DNA of 36,244 nucleotides, taken from Sulfurospirillum sp. Lineage in GTDB: Bacteria; Campylobacterota; Campylobacteria; Campylobacterales; QNZT01. The notes below the pieces were generated by a model. It searched no databases. It was not told where the DNA came from and was given only the letters and a program-made list of their open reading frames with translations. The stretch lies in contig QNZU01000071.1 in NCBI GenBank assembly GCA_003978405.1, forward strand, positions 1-36,244, read 5' to 3'. The first letter of the stretch is position 1, and each line of letters starts with the position of its first letter. Shown piece by piece: positions 35,144 through 36,244 of this stretch. Position numbers and translations under genes: made by a program.

Positions 35144-36244
35144 GTTGTGATTTAAGTTACAAACAAAAGACTATTTTTGAGAGGTTGCTTTGTCTATATA
35201 GTAAAGATGAAGCTTTAAAGGCTGAGAAAGAGATTAGTGAACTTATAGAAAAATATAAGAGCAAAATCGACTCAAAGCCCTACAAAATGAGTCAAAAGGA
35301 TGTGATCTTGATTACTTACGGAGATCAGGTCGTCACTGCTGATGAGCCACCTCTTCAAACCCTAGATCGATTCTTGCAAAGATATCTAAAAGAGATAATA
35401 AATACAGTCCATATCCTTCCATTTTATCCATACTCCTCTGATGATGGTTTTTCTGTGATTGATTATAAGGATGTATCTCCAAGAATGGGCTCGTGGGATG
35501 ATATAGAAATACTCTCAAAAAATTTTAGATTGATGTTTGATGGGGTAATAAACCATATATCTCAGTATTCATATTGGTTTAAGGCATATTTGCAAAATGA
35601 TCCAAATTTCAAAGATTTTTTTATAGAGCTTGATCCTAAAGTTGATCTCTCAAAGGTTGTCAGACCAAGGGCATTGCCACTAATTCATGAGTATAAAGAT
35701 AAGGATGAAAAAAGCAGATATATTTGGACCACATTTTCAAAAGATCAAGTTGATCTAAACTATGCAAACTATAAGGTGATGGTGGCAATCCTTGATGTGC
35801 TTTTGTTTTATGTGCAAAAGGGAGCCAAATTGATTAGACTTGATGCAATAGCTTTTTTGTGGAAAGAGATAGGAAGTAACTGCATACATCTTTCTCAAAC
35901 TCACGAAGCGATACAGCTTATGAGAGATGTGATACATAAAATTGCACCAGAAGTTGTTATGATAACTGAGACTAATGTTCCGCACAAAGAGAATATATCC
36001 TACTTTGGAAGTGGTGATGATGAGGCACAGATGGTCTATAACTTTGCTCTCCCGCCACTTGCAGCTCACACTCTTTTAAGCTCTGATACTTCAAAACTAA
36101 AATCTTGGGTGGATAGCTTGACTCTTCCAAGTGACAATGTCTGCTTTTTTAACTTTATAGCCAGTCATGATGGTTGTGGTCTTAGACCAGTTAGCGATAT
36201 CCTTGAGCCAAAGGAGATTAAAAGAGTAATCGATTTTGTAGAGG
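35140..36244 (+). CDS. Sucrose phosphorylase-like GH13_18 glycoside phosphorylase, 3-prime truncated by window end
   Basis: Not in the ORF track because it has no stop in the window. ATGA overlap with the upstream gene. My translation gives MSCDLSYKQK...ILITYGDQV...VHILPFYPYSSDDGFSVIDY...NHISQYSYWF...IRLDAIAFLWKE...ITETNVPH...IASHDG, which are GH13 catalytic landmarks. Confidence 0.8.
   Translation, partial: MSCDLSYKQKTIFERLLCLYSKDEALKAEKEISELIEKYKSKIDSKPYKMSQKDVILITYGDQVVTADEPPLQTLDRFLQRYLKEIINTVHILPFYPYSSDDGFSVIDYKDVSPRMGSWDDIEILSKNFRLMFDGVINHISQYSYWFKAYLQNDPNFKDFFIELDPKVDLSKVVRPRALPLIHEYKDKDEKSRYIWTTFSKDQVDLNYANYKVMVAILDVLLFYVQKGAKLIRLDAIAFLWKEIGSNCIHLSQTHEAIQLMRDVIHKIAPEVVMITETNVPHKENISYFGSGDDEAQMVYNFALPPLAAHTLLSSDTSKLKSWVDSLTLPSDNVCFFNFIASHDGCGLRPVSDILEPKEIKRVIDFVE

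Noticed and set aside
35333-36069. Two minus-strand ORFs (35333-35518 and 35755-36069), the only ORFs listed by the track in this region
   Set aside because: The plus strand from 35140 to the window end is one uninterrupted frame with GH13 sucrose-phosphorylase-like catalytic motifs. The minus ORFs are antisense shadows. The track misses the real gene because it has no stop in the window.

Overview
AT-rich (roughly one-third G+C by eye), very gene-dense window with about 45 CDS, many of them joined by ATGA/TAGTG/TTGA start-stop overlaps. I found no rRNA, tRNA, CRISPR array, IS element or integrase by eye. Gene content and order match a Campylobacterota (Epsilonproteobacteria) core chromosome: ilvC-minD-minE-(yibQ-like)-dprA-ruvX, hemW-tatB-tatC-queA, rppH-lysC-hobA-holB-folP, ppiD-like-ftsA-ftsZ, and rsmH-ftsL-like. 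The lineage-specific DnaA partner HobA is present. A Sulfurimonas-like organism is only a guess. Most of the window is housekeeping. Six things stand out. (1) A tightly packed minus-strand module at 25718-29132 is the best candidate for an undescribed system. It holds a periplasmic NosL-family protein, a hidden mini-lipoprotein ORF with an apparent ATT start, a MacB/FtsX-type ABC pair, and an 8-TM protein whose CC and CPFC motifs all face the periplasm, with no nosZ/D/R nearby. Downstream on the same strand, after serC-serA, lie a second NosL-like protein and an HCxxMCGG membrane protein. (2) A complete-looking glucosylglycerate-type compatible-solute cluster sits at the right end (pgi, MPGP-type HAD phosphatase, MOFRL glycerate kinase, GpgS-like GT, and a GH13_18 sucrose-phosphorylase-like gene cut by the window end and missing from the ORF track). 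(3) A 457-aa secreted protein carries about 11 degenerate PAxY-xT-TEKVLV repeats organised in 4 Cys...Trp super-modules, plus a C-terminal peptidoglycan-binding domain. (4) An orphan CheY-like receiver has Glu at the phospho-acceptor position. (5) Two enzyme folds appear catalytically degenerate (a dihydroorotase-like protein without HxH, and a class II aldolase-like protein without the Zn histidines). (6) lysC has an internal SD+ATG. All family calls come from motif recognition by eye, since no searches could be run.
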